Shown here piece by piece: positions 24,989 through 38,700 of a stretch of 57,592 nucleotides of DNA. Each line of letters opens with the position of its first letter. The stretch's first letter is position 1. The position numbers and the translations under genes are program-made. The stretch spans positions 18,798 to 76,389 of the forward strand of contig NMRA01000149.1 in assembly GCA_002633005.1 (NCBI GenBank). Reading direction: 5' to 3'. This DNA comes from Phoronis australis (Eukaryota; Animalia; Phoronida). The notes beneath the pieces were generated by a model, which was not told where the DNA came from, made no database searches, and saw only the letters and a list, made by a program, of their open reading frames with translations.

Positions 24989-27900
24989 GTAATGATTCAT
25001 TCACATATCTCTACAAATCGAAAGAAATACAAAACGAGACCACTATTAAGTTCTTCCCTATCTAAATAATTCTCAAGGACATTGATGAAGTTTGGAGACT
25101 TCCCAACAATTATTCACGAATCACATGACAATACATGCATTGCTTTTTGACTTCGACACAAAATATATTATTTCAATCACGAATACAGGATTAACCGACA
25201 TTAGAAATTTTGACATATTATCAGATCCCTAAGACAAAAGTACACTGAATGATTTTTCTCTATGTGTAATGAAATTCAATGAAATCGTTGAATTTCGGAC
25301 AATTTTACAGATGTCCCAAAATGCTCTCATGATTCTTATGACAGTAAATTGTTTCTTAGCTTAGGAACTAGATTAGTTAAACACCGCAAATCAAAGATAC
25401 GTTCATTAATGTACTAAAACAAATACATTTTTAATCATTGGTCATTAAATTAGAAACGTACGTTTTGCAAACGTTTAATGTTTTTAGTTTCCAGTAATGT
25501 TGAGCAATGAATTGTTGCTCCAAAAAACTGAATCGCCCCGAGCGTATTACCCACACGGCATACGCGCGCCCATCATAAAATATTGGGAAACTCTAATATT
25601 GGTAGATGTGGTTCATTTTTTAATAAATGAAAATTACACAGATTACGACACTTTGTCGCGGCTACGAACTGTGCAGTCGCTGAAGTTCTCTCTAACTGGC
25701 CTTTTGTCTCGTTTTTCTCGAACTTTTTATGTCTATGAGACGGACTTCTTTGCCCACTATACCAGTAGAAGGAAGGCTTGGTCCTTCGAGCTCCCTCTGT
25801 AGGTACACGCATGAAACGGGAACTGACTGTGCTCCAAAAGGTGAAGTGCATTAAAAAGAAATAGATTAGCTAGGGCTGGGATGATTTGTAAACATATGTC
25901 AAGAGGTAACAATCAATAACATTAAAATGAACATGTACAACAAACACCTAACTTAAACATATATCACAAAAACAATTAATAACTAACTAAGCATCTAATG
26001 TGACTACCTAAGCTAATAAACACATGACAAACCTGGTATTCACCCCCACCTTCGACGGACATGAGGGAAAGGTGTCGGTACAAATAATGTGATATCCTAA
26101 GAACGTCAAAGTGGAAGTGGCGAAAATCAAATGGGTTTGAGCCGTCCAATATTTTATTCCATTCTTAAATCTTATATGTATTGGCACAAACTTCTTTATT
26201 CTAATCTCAGATAGATAGATAGCTTTATATATTTTACCCGACAAATGGACCAGGATACTCACCACTCACTCATATTTGCCCGAACACTAACTGAGACACG
26301 ATAGCTAGATGTTCGTGAGATCCGACTGTGAGACATAAGTTAGGTAGATTTCGTGAGAGCCTACTGTAGGTCCTAGACTGGTTACATAATATTGTCTGAT
26401 CACCATGGTCACGTTTACAATTAAGGGGTTTTAAGGCTTTGGTTCAACGCTCAAGACTAAGATTTAATTTCCACACAAATACGCCACTCATTAGCTTCTC
26501 AGCGATAGACTACATCAGTCACCTTTCCTTCACCAGAAGCGCAAGCTTGCGTGTGACATCAGCGATTTCTGCTATTTCACAGATCACCAGTCGTGTCAAC
26601 GGTTACTTAATCGCATGTCGCGAGTTTGACGTTGAAGTCTGAACCAGTTGATTGCTGTGGCTATTTCCCTGCTATCTTGGTGTTAGTAGCTGAAACTCAA
26701 TTTGTGTGTCTATATACGGTACGTATCATTTTTTAGAATATGATCATTAGACATCCCATGCGGTACCATTTTTGACTTGCCTGAAATAAACCCGCATCTA
26801 ATCTCTAGGTGTTTTACTATCGTAATTGTGTTTTCAAACAATCCTCAATAGTCTCTTCAAGCTTCACAATTATATCTGTACAATTTGAAAGCCATTAAAA
26901 TTTTTCAACACTTAAAGCACAAAGGATTCATTCAATTTGAGTCACTTAAATGATTAGACCATCGTTATAATTGTATTTATTTGAAAACAACATTTGTATC
27001 ATATGAGGTCATAGTTAGGTATTATGAGTCAAATATACATTCTAATATACTGATAAAATTTAGTTAACGACTAATGTTATACTGATACGTCATGCTATTT
27101 GTTGCAAAAGCCATATGAATCATATCATTCATTAACAACAGGATCTCTGGATCTCTGAAAAATGCTAAAAACATGCAACTGTCCACAAGTGATTTACTGA
27201 GCCAGTAATGTTTAAAGAAATTGAAATGTATACACAAAGAAATGTATACAAAAACTTAACCTTGATATGCCAAATGCCACTTATTTTCAATTTTCCACTT
27301 GTGTCTAGTACTTTTTGAGATAATCAACCTGTTTTGTCAAACCAAACGAAGTGCCATACTAGTTCAATCCAACGAATTAATGGACAAGAACTTTGCGTCG
27401 CACAAGAGAAATTGTTTACAGTATGACGACATTGACCAACATACATGATTTTGGAACGTTGAACCTCGGTTCGCCCTATTTCCCCGGTTAGACTACAGCT
27501 TCACCTTTTGTAATGAAAAGCGACAATTAGCAGAAATCAGTAGATTAGTTCAATGGATCCTACGATTATCCGTTCGACATTTGCTCCTAATAACGAACCT
27601 CGACACAAGCCTAAAAACAGCCGAAAAAGTCCCTGTGGCCTTCAAAAAAAACTCGCGAACGTGCCCTACAGTTTCTGAATAAGTTGTCAATGATAATACT
27701 GATCGTCTGCACTCTGGCAAAATGTCTAAAAAAGGAAGTCGTCCAGGCCTGTACGGCATAGGTTTAGTTGCTAAAAACGAGTTCAGGAAAAATCAAAGTT
27801 TTGATAAACGCAAAAGCTAAAAAGTGAATGATTGACTACATAATAAAAATATATTTGGGATTATTATATGTTAAATTGTATTTTATTGTAATACAAGATA

Positions 27901-28121
27901 TCGATGACCAAAACTATGCAAGCTTTTTAAAAGTTTCAATTATATGTTTGGCAGCCACCAGGTGTCTCTGTTCATCATGTATCTATAATTCCAATGAACA
28001 TTGAATATTGGAACATCAATTTTCTAACATGTGTAAACATCAGCTTAGTGTAGGATTGCAAACAAACCGTTGACTAAAATCAAGTTGTCCATGACATAAA
28101 ATGGACCAGCCAGGCTGTTTT

Positions 28122-28416
28122 CATGACTACGGATTTAGGGGGGGCATGATCCCCCCGACATTGTATCAGATCCCAGTTTCGAGTTCGGGTGCGAATTGCT
28201 GGCTAGCACACGTGCGCAACGGGAGTGAATAAACAACGCATAGGCGCTAAATGAACCCCGTTTACCGTTTTTTTTAGTCAACAGGACCTCAAACCACGAA
28301 TTCAAGACCCCTGCAATCATGCATCCCCAGAGCTTAGGCTGGTCACGCGCATGTGCCGAAATGCTGCTAATTCATGTGCCCTGCTTCCTCTAACTAAAAA
28401 CCTGAATCCGTCCTTG
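28122..28416. mobile_element. Old small MITE related to the CA..GGAT family
   Basis: Degenerate TIR CATGACTACGGATTTAGG / CCTGAATCCGTCCTTG with a G/C tract; no TSD found. Confidence 0.4.
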
Positions 28417-29887
28417 CTACAGGATTAAACACTATAATTTTTCTTTCCCAAAAGGACAGGGCCCTCAATCCCTCAAATTTGGGGCCCAATATCGGCCCTA
28501 TTACCCTCTCAAACACATTGAAATATTACGCGAAAACCCTCCCACGAGGCATGAAATTTCTCATAATGAAAAATCACCTGTAACCACACAGGCGACAATT
28601 TTTAAAGCACAAAAGGCTACCTTAAATTGAGACAGAGTCTATGAGTGCTTGCAACAGGGCGTAGGTGCTGTTGATAGTGATCGGGAGGTAGATTGTTACG
28701 ACGTCACTCGGCAAAAAAATCGCCTCTCACTAGGCACTGGCACCGTTCCCCTCCGATGAAACAGGCTCCTGCAAAAACATGAGAACTGTTATTGCATTGT
28801 CCACTTAACTGAAATTGAGTTCAAAAACAATGATATGTTTTGAACGAACGAATTAGGTGTTTTAATTTTAAACTTCAACTTGGTCCAGATTGATATTTGA
28901 AATCTAACACATGAAATAGATATAAGAATTATTAAAACTTAGGAAGCATTGATGGTCAAAAAATTTTTAATTTCAATTACGAGCCTGTTTTTTATTTTAA
29001 TAAAAATATATTTAATAACATCAATTATTGATTAAGACCAATGACAAATCAACTGTTAGTCCTAGTGAGTGCATAGGATCAGGTTATGCTTGATGTTAAT
29101 ATTCTTGATCACAAATTAACCAGATGCGACTAATTGCACATGACAGACATTACTACCGAATATGTCTTTAACTAGTCAAGTATACGAGTAGATGAATTGG
29201 TCCATGTAAAAAGTATTTTGAACTTACTAGAAAAAACGTATCCCTGCATTCAGCATAATACCTAATCCGTAACACTACGATCGCCGCAATTTGGTCATAT
29301 TAACTTTACTATTTCGAACCCAGTTTTTCGAAAAAATTAAAACCCTTTCGACAGACAACTATTTAACGCCTTAACTTGTTCTCCAATGTAATTTTCTACG
29401 TCTCTGTGGTTAATTGTCGATACATCATTACAATTTAATAACGAGGTTGGACTCGAACGACTGGCTATTTTACTCACGCAATGTCTACTTTCGCTTTGCT
29501 CATCGCAGTGAGCCTCGGTTCGTTTTGTTACAATAGTGTTTTGTTAGATATCAAATTAGTAGTGAAATAAACTGGTTCTTTTTCAGATCTTTGGAAAAGT
29601 TACACTTGTGAAAATTCAATTCAGGTTAGTAAAATAATGTGATGCTATCAACTCTTTGGATCTTTTAAACGTTCATGATGTCAAATAGTAAATACTGATT
29701 TCATCTGACATCAAATACTGAAGCATTCGGTATGCAGGCCCCTTATGTATATTAGTATATTATGCAATTGGATAGATTAGACATGATGACTAACTGATTT
29801 TAAAATTATGTTAATTGCATTATGATGAAATATCTGCTTTTTCTTTTCAGGTGGATATTCAAATCGTATCATTCTCACCTCATCACA

Positions 29888-29996
29888 TTTGGAGATTTGC
29901 AATATCGGAGATTCACAACATTGGAGATTTGCAATATCGGAGATTCGCAACATTGGAGATTTGTAATATAGGAGATTCAAAACATTTGAGATTTGT
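29888..29996 (+). repeat. 16-bp minisatellite (~7 units, 32-bp higher-order) upstream of RepHel
   Basis: Alternating GGAGATTTGCAATATC and GGAGATTC(A/G)CAACATT units. Confidence 0.85.
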
Positions 29997-30327
29997 CACA
30001 AGCTACATGACAAATCTATACAATAGTATTGATTTCTAAACACTGAAATGTTTAAAGTTATTGTTTCATAACTATATTTGGTGATAAAATTGATCAAGTT
30101 GTTATAGAAATTGCTTATTATTAAAAAGGGTAACCTAGTTAAATGGCCGCAGCACTTTAATAATACATTGTATATTTGTAGCTGGATTCTAAATTGGATA
30201 TTGGACAAGATTCAGAAACGATACATTGCGTCTTTCGTAAAATGGTACTGAAATATCTGTGTTAAAGGTAAGAGTTTGTCACTATATAACTGCTTGAATC
30301 CATCATATGTAAATACCAATTATCACT

Positions 30328-33300
30328 ATGCCTCGAACTAAAAAACAGAGTGGTCTAAAGAAAAAAGAACTGGCAAGATTGAGAATGGAAAAACATCGCC
30401 AGTTAGAAACACCTGATCAAAAACAAATACGTCTTGACAAAGTTTTAGCAACTATTACTGGGAAACGAAATCAAGAAACGACTGTTAAAAAACGCGCTAG
30501 ACTCGATAAAATTAACGCAAGTGTTACTAAACTACCGAAGAGACATTGATTGAGAGGCGTAATAGACTCGACAAAGTTAATGCATATGTTACTAAACGTA
30601 ATGCTGCAGAGACTATCACTGAGAAGCGTACAAGACTTGACAAACCTAACGCAAACGTTACAAAACGTAATTCTAAAGAGACGCTAATAGAAAGACGTAC
30701 TAGACTTGCCAAAGTTAATATAGCTGTTACTAAACGTAATGCTACAGAGACAATGAATGCGAGACGTACAAGACTTGACAAAGTTAATTTAGGTGTTACT
30801 AAACGTAATGCTGCAGAGACACTGAGTGCGAGACGTACAAGACTTGACAAAGTTCATGCTCATACTATTAAATGTCATGCACAAGAAACTATTTTAGAAA
30901 GAACTAAAAGAGTTCATCAATCAAAAATGAATGCAAAAAAAAATCTCGTGCAAATGAAACGCCAGAAAAAAAGAAAGAAACGGTGTGTTATATAAAGAAA
31001 TATTCGCTTAAAAGAAAATCAATGATTCGTACTGCCGAAAGAGTTATCAATGATTTTCTCAAGAATGTTCGTTATGGACCTGATCACATTTGCTGCTCTT
31101 GCCATCGTTTGTTGTATAGACAATCGGTTGTTTTGTTAAAGCCAGAACAGTACAAAACAATGAACTCAGATATGGTGCAATCTGTTCTACTTCACAGAAA
31201 ATTATCTTTTGATGGTAATGAATGGTTATGCAGAACTTGTCATTATAGTCTGAAGTGTGGGAAAATGCCCAGTCAGTCGAAGGCAAATAATTTACTACTT
31301 GATTTTCAACCAGCAGAACTAAAAAATCTTAATGAACTTGAGCTGAGACTGATATCACAAAGAATACCATTCATGAAAATGGTTGGTTTGCCTCGTGGAA
31401 AACAACACGGGATCCACGGACCTACCGTAAATGTACCCTCTAAGCTTGACACAGTTTGTAAATTATTTCCCAGATTGCCATCACAATGCCATCTTTTACC
31501 ATTGAAATTCAAGCGACGCAAAATATACAAGTCTTACTATATGTATGACTATGTGGACCCATCAAGAGTTTTGGCAGCATTACGTTGGCTCAAGGAACAC
31601 AATCCTCAAACACATGCATTAATGGCAACTGGGTTGAACAAGCACAAAATGATGATACTAACTTGTGGGAGGCCATGACATGTAGTAATGGTCAGTCAGG
31701 TTCTGTGTATAAAAATAATCGTATTGTAAATAGTCTTGCCCAAGTGGATGGTATGACTATGATAGATGTTCCTGGTGATGGAAACTGTTTATTTTCTGCT
31801 GTGTGCTACCATTTGAATAGGCTTGGTGTAATTTCCATACAACCAAACGAGTTAAGAAAGCAAATTGCTTCGCATATGTTAAATAATGCAGGACTTTACA
31901 AAGATTTTATATGTAATCGTATTTTGTCAAACGACATGAGTAATGCTGACACGGAGCAGCCATCTCATGAGGATGAATTTATACAATTGATTGCAGACGA
32001 TGATACCCAAAGAGAGATCAGATGGGTGAGATATTTAGATGCATTAGAACATGGTAATCATTGGGGTGATCACATTACTTTGCAAGCAATGTCAGATATG
32101 TTTTCTTTGAAAGTCTTTGTTCATACTACCTTACGTGATCATGTTGACGAAGTATGTTCCAGATATGGCAATGAGAATGAGTTTCATTTAGGCTTGATTG
32201 CACAGAGCCATTATGTCATTCTATTAGAAAATGTCAATAACAATGAAAACATGACACTAGAAGAAAGAGCAGCTTACGAAGAGTGTATTACTGGTAATAT
32301 TCCTGTTCCTGCAGTATCTGATGTTCATGATGATGATAAGGATGATGATGACGGTAGTGAAGATGAAAATGTTCAGGCAGAAGACAATGCAGCATTTTTC
32401 AAAAAATCAAATGATTGTGGTTTGCCATTTGAAAGTAGTATGACTGAAGAAAATCCTGATATTTCTGGGAAAGAGATTCATGTAGCTCCTGGAGAGGGTG
32501 AAAAACCAAAGCCTTTACTAAGTGATAAATATTTTCAAGAATTAGCATACCCGAATCTATATCCTACAGGCAAATATGCTTTAACGGCTGATAGACCTGT
32601 TAAGTTGCATCCCAAACGCTACTTTAATCAACGTATCCTTGATAGCGATGGTAGATTTGCTCAATCAATTGAATATCTGCTAAGTGCTCAGTATGCCACT
32701 GAAAGCAAACAAATGAACTCTGACATCAATCACATTATATTTCGTAGAGAATCTGGCAGACAATTCCAAGGTCATGAAATAAATGCTGGACTTGTTAAAA
32801 ATGTAAAGCAGATGAATGAAATGATTAAGGCAGATAATGCGTACAAAATACTGAAAAATGTTAGAGAATCTCCTGCTTATTACCAGACACTGTTTTACGA
32901 CGTTCTTGCTATGAGAAGACAGAAGAACATTCCCAATATGTTTTTAACATTGAGTGCTGCAGATACTAGATGGTGCGACACAATCCAGCTAATAGCTAGA
33001 CAGTATGGTACAACATTTAGTGATGAAGATGTTAAGAATTTGTCTTTTACTGAGCGTTCAAAGTGATTGCGATGTAATCCTGTGACTGCTGCACGGCACT
33101 TTCAGTACAGACTTGACTTGTTTTTCCGCGATGTTCTTCTATCAAATGTTCATCCTTTAGGAGAAATTACTGATTACGTTTCACGTATAGAATTTCAAGC
33201 TCGTGGGTCACCACATGCACACATTCTGTTGTGGATTAAAAATGCGCCAAAGCTCAATGAACAAACTGATGAGGAAGTGACTTCTTTTATTAGTAAATAT

Positions 33301-36300
33301 ATCACTTGTGCTCTACCTGAAGACGATAATATATTACTAGATCTCATGGAAAACTTGCAAGTGCACAGCCATTCGCCATACTGTACAAAAAAAGGCTCAT
33401 GCAGATTCAATTATCCTAGACCACCCAGTGCAGCTACTATTATTGCAAGAGAACCAAATACTGAGGACACCATCGCTAAACAGGAAGATGCTAAACAGAT
33501 TCCTTTATCAGTACAAAATGTTCTAGAAAGTGACACTTCAACTGATATGTCTTTGACAGAAGTTTGTGAATGTGCTAACACAACGGTTGAAAAGTACATG
33601 GAAGCTTTAGCTCTTTCAAAAAAAGGCTGCACTGTTGTTTTAGAACGAACACCTTCCGAGCAAAATGTCAATGCTTATAATCCGACCATTCTTAAAGCAT
33701 GGCAAGCGAATTTGGACTTGCAATATATCCTGGATCCTTATGGTTGTGTCATGTATGTTGCTTCATATGTGACCAAAAATGAAAGAGGAATGGGTGAATT
33801 GTTGAAACAAGCCTGTAAAGAAATGAGAGACAAGGACATTTGCTCAGGGCTCAGAAAAGTTGGAGCTGTGTTTTTAAACCATCGTGAAATCAGTGCACAG
33901 GAAGCAGGTTACCGCATTTTGTCTATGCCTTTAAAACGTTCAAGTCGAAAAGTCGTTTTTGTCAACACAGATCCAAAACCTTCACGAATTGCAGTTCTGA
34001 AAGATAGAGTGCAACTTGATAAGTTGGAAGATGATGACGTTGACAATTTTCAGACCAGTTTAATTGGTCGTTATGAATGTAGGCCAGACAGTCTTGAAAA
34101 TTTGTGTCTGGCTGAATTTGCTGCTAGTTACACAAGAACGTACAAAGAATATGATGATGATAATAACGATAGTTTACCAGATATTTTGAAAGAAGAAGAA
34201 ATTGTTGTCCCTCTGTCATTACCTAAGAAGATAAAACTTAAGAATAGAAAAGGTTCTATGCACAAGAGGAGAAAAACTGCTATTATACGATTTCGTAAGC
34301 ACAACATGAATAAAGAACCAAGCAGTTTCTACCGTGCTAAACTTATGTTATACCTCCCATGGCGAAATGAAGAGATGGACCTTAAAGCTAATTACGATGA
34401 CTATCATTCACATTACAATGCTGTGTCACAACTGATTTTTCTAAATGAACAGAAATTTTCACATAATACTGAACTTATCGAGCAAGCCCTTGATCAAAAT
34501 GCACACAATGGGGGTCCTCAACACGTTTGGGAATTACTTGCACCAGGAGTTGAACATGAGAATTTACAGGCACAGAATGAGGTTTTAGACATTGAGCGGG
34601 AAATAGAACAAGAAGATCTAGACGCCAATGCTGTCATGTTTGAAAGACCGTTAGCTGAGAATGCATCTGACCTTGTGGCTAGATATGACATTGAAGAGAA
34701 TCGTGACTGTTTAACTCCCCACGAATATCACAATATGATGGCAAGTCTAAATGAAAAACAACGCCAAATTGTGTTATATCACAGCCAGTGGTGCAAATAT
34801 GCTGTTAAGTGTGTTAAGCAAAATGAACAGCCAAAGCCATATAGAATATTTCTTAGTGGCCCTGGTGGTGTGGGTAAAAGTCATGTGATACGACTTATAC
34901 AATCTGATACAAAAAAGTTTTTATCTTTGTCACGACAATTTAAGCCAGCAGATATTGTTACATTGCTAACAGCGCCAACTGGTGTAGCAGCCTTTAATAT
35001 CGGTGGAATGACTATTCATTCAGCACTGCTATTACGTACTTCAAAATATGGTCAACACGGCGATGCGCTAACTTTTGAAAAACTGAACACGCTGCGTTCT
35101 AAACTTGAAAATTTGAAACTATTAGTTATAGATGAAATATCAATGGTTGGCTCAGACATGTTATTGAACTTTCACAGAAGACTAACAGAAATAATGGGAT
35201 CGTGCGAACAATCGTGCTTGTTCGGCAATATTAGAATCTTGGCTGTAGGTAACTTATACCAACTGCCACCAGTTTGTCAATCTCATATCTATGAACCAGT
35301 CAGAAACCCACTTGCTAATTTGTATGGATCATTGTGGAAGGACCATTTTATGTTGCATGAACTAAGTGAGGTAATGAGACAAAGGGATGACCAACATTTT
35401 GCTGAACTTCTGTGCCGTGTACGACTTGGAAGCCATACGGACGATGATATTGCTGTTTTACGTTCTAGGCAACTTGACGAGTGTTCTTCGAATTATCCGT
35501 ATGATGCACTACATGTCTTTGCTCGTAATGACGATGTTGACAACTGGAAAAAAAAAGACTTTGTAGCCTTGAACCTGATGAGAAAAACCGAATTAAAATC
35601 CCAGATATTGATAACAAGAACGACAGTACCAGATTACTTGATTTAGACCACATCCACAAAACATTGAAACGTTCAGAAACTGGTGGTTTACATACTGCAT
35701 TGGAAATTTGCAACGGTGCCAGAGTGATGTTGATTTATTATGTTGACACTTCAGATGGACTCGTTAACGGTGTTATTGGTGTTGTAGATGGAATTGAGAA
35801 AGGCGATGATGAAAGAATTATAACTGTACTTGTTAAATTTGACAATAATGAAGTTGGAAGAAAAGCTATTACATCAGGTCAGTGGAAAAATAAATATCCC
35901 AATGCTGTTCCCATCATGAGGCTTGAATCTAAATTTGAAAAAGGTGGAATAAAAAGTGCACAAGTGTCTCGTTTACAGTTTCCACTGACTTTGGCATGGG
36001 CTGTTACGATTCACAAGTGTCAAGGACTAACAATGGATAAAATAGTTGTGTGTATGAAAGGGGCTAACAAGTTCAGTAGTGGACAAGCATATGTAGCATT
36101 TAGTAGAGTAAAGTCACTTGAGGGATGGTATATTACACAATTTGACCCTAGAGGGATAAAGACAGACTCTAAAGTTGCTGCTGAAATGAAGGACATGCAC
36201 AATATATGTTCCACTGAAAATGATCTTTTAAAAGACTGTGTACTTGCTATTGGTCATTTGAACATTCATTATTTGTTGCAAAAACAGAAAGATTTGATGA

Positions 36301-36905
36301 GCAGTTTCGAATTCAGTTTTACAACTATGTTGACATCATGTGTTTTACAGAGACTTATCTTTCACAGTTTGACTGCCTTGATGAGTTCTTGGAAAGTCAT
36401 TCTTACATAGCTTTTAGATCTGATGTATCCAGCACCATTAACCAAAAAAAGTCATGGAATTCTAATCTGTGCATCATCCAAGCTGCAGCCTACAGAAATA
36501 TTTCCATCACTCACTTTGTCTTGCTTTGAGTATAAGGCAATTGTTGTCAAAACACAACTCGGTCGTCTTGTAGTTGTAGCGATTTATCGTAGTCCAAACT
36601 CATCGTATAGACTGTTTGTGGAACACTTAGAGCCCCTGTTAATGAAAATACCAGAACATGTACCAACACTTATACTGGGTGATTTTAATGATAACCTCCT
36701 CAACACAAAAGATACATTAGTGATGTCATTAATGAAGAATTTTGGATTTGGGCAGATGATAACCACATCAACAATTGATTCTGGTTCACTGATAGATCAT
36801 GTCTACTTTAACCGGGAAACATTTTACGGTGAAAAGGTACATACAGTAATACGTGATGTCTATTATTCTGATCACGATGCCGTGTTATGGACAGTTAACA
36901 TGTAA
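30328..36905 (+). pseudogene. Helentron/Helitron2 RepHel-endonuclease transposase, disabled
   Basis: CCSCH...CRTC Cys cluster; LISQRIPFMK block; OTU DVPGDGNCLFSAV...WGD...HY; Rep FLTLSAAD, EFQARGSPHAH, YVASYVTK; helicase GPGGVGKS, APTGVAA, IDEISM, QLPPV, MRQ, TIHKCQGLT, AYVAFSRV; EEP CFTET, IYRSP, GDFN, IDHVY, SDHD. Frameshifts near 30540, 30980, 31610, 35550, 36310 and 36445; in-frame TGA at 33064. Confidence 0.95.
30400..30910 (+). repeat. 69-bp (23-aa) coding tandem repeats at the RepHel N-terminus
   Basis: About 7 units of ETxxERRTRLDKVNAxVTKRNAA. Confidence 0.9.
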
Positions 36906-38045
36906 GAAACAGGCATAATGCAGAATATAACACTAGAGGTATTGCAGGCTATGACATAAATATAATGAATGAAAATTGCGCATGTTATGATACAAGATGT
37001 TATAGATGTTCCTGAGATATGACATGGTATATGACACAGGATGACATTTGAAATGATATCATACAAGACGTAATGACATTTCATACAATGTATAGAATAG
37101 GATACATAAAAGATTATTTGAAATGAGATTAAACAAGGGCATGACATAAAATGTGACTCAGAAATTTTTTCTTATTTTTGAATTTCAGTACGTTTAATTG
37201 AATATTTATGAGCTAGCATATTGGATATCTGCTGAAGCCATACAGTAATGAGGTAGATTCAGTAACAGGTGATGTCTATCATTGTGATCATGATGCACTG
37301 TGATGAACTATTATCATGAAGTGACAAAAAAGTAAAGATTATGATACTAGATATATTAGGGGTTACGGCATAACATACAATGAAAGATATTGTGGATGTT
37401 ATAATACAGGATGTTATACGACTCATTGCATTCTATATGTATTATCTTGCCACGAAATGATATCATGATCAGTACCAAATGAAAGTATATAGATAATTAT
37501 TGTATTATTTGGATAAACATTTTTGTATATTTGTGATCATTCAATTCATCAGAGAAACATACATTCAGTAATACAGGATCATGATACAATGCATGAACTG
37601 TTATTATGTAAGTGACAGACATAGTACTGAATATGATACAAAATATATTAGAGATATGCATAAGATATAATGAAAGAAAATTGTGCATGTTATGATACAA
37701 AATGTTTTGAGATATGACAGGGTATATGTCAAATTGCATTCCATATTATTATTATTTTACCAAGAAATGAAATTGTTTATTATTATTTGGCCAAGAAATG
37801 AACTTGACAGGGTATATGTCAAATTGCATTCCATATTATCATTATTTTACCAAGAAATGAAATTGTTTATAATTATTTGGCCAAGAAATGAACTTGACAG
37901 GGTATATGTCAAATTGCAATCCATATTATTATTATTTTACCAAGAAATGAAATTGTTTATTATTATTTGGCCAAGAAATGCACTTCATAAAGGAAAACAA
38001 TTTAGTAATAAGGAATGTCTATTATAGTGATCATCATGCTATAAA
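36853..38045 (+). repeat. Decayed tandem copies of the endonuclease C-terminus and 3' flank
   Basis: GTGATGTCTATTATTCTGATCACGATGC (36853) recurs in degenerate form near 37269, 37577 and 38015. Confidence 0.65.
37715..37985 (+). repeat. 90-bp tandem repeat x3
   Basis: TGACAGGGTATATGTCAAATTGC at 37715, 37805 and 37895; a degenerate copy near 38260. Confidence 0.95.
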
Positions 38046-38618
38046 CATTCCCACTAAATAACATTGGTTCTAACCTCGCTTGTCAAGGTAAACGGTACGG
38101 TTCGGAAAATTGAACCAGATCGTATTTATTAAAGAGTTCAAGTTTTCCTATTGACGATCACGATTCAGCGACGTATCACTCAGCACATTTTCGTCCTGTT
38201 ATGAGCACAATATTTTGAAAAATTATCGTAATTTAACAACGGAAGTTGATAGCAATGCTTGACAGGGTATATGGCACATTGCATTCCATCTTGCCAAGAA
38301 ATGAAATTATGGTCAGTACCAAATGACAGTATGTAGGTACACAAGATGATAGAATGTTTGAAATGAGATATGGCACAAAGTAAATGCTGTTTTATATTGT
38401 AGATTCCTCACTTTATGGTGATCCATCAGCCAGCACGAATGGACTAATCTAAAGCTGTGCGCCGTTAAATGTTCTTCCGTTTTGGATTCCAGCACGTTTT
38501 CTATATAACCATGAGGAATTACATACCTTTACCCGCTCTATCTACTATTAACTCTCAATTAAATATTTATGTGTTAACATACTGCAAACCAGCCAAAACC
38601 ACGTCATTTCCAGTTAAT

Positions 38619-38665
38619 TTATTATTATTATTATTATTATTAATATTATTATTATTATTATTATT
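38619..38665. repeat. (TAT)n microsatellite
   Basis: Direct reading. Confidence 0.95.
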
Positions 38666-38700
38666 CTCTGGCCAAGATATACAATTGTGGTCATTTCCAA

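Noticed and set aside
30527-30850. Hydrophobic repeat ORF on the minus strand
   Set aside because: Antisense shadow of the 69-bp coding repeats.
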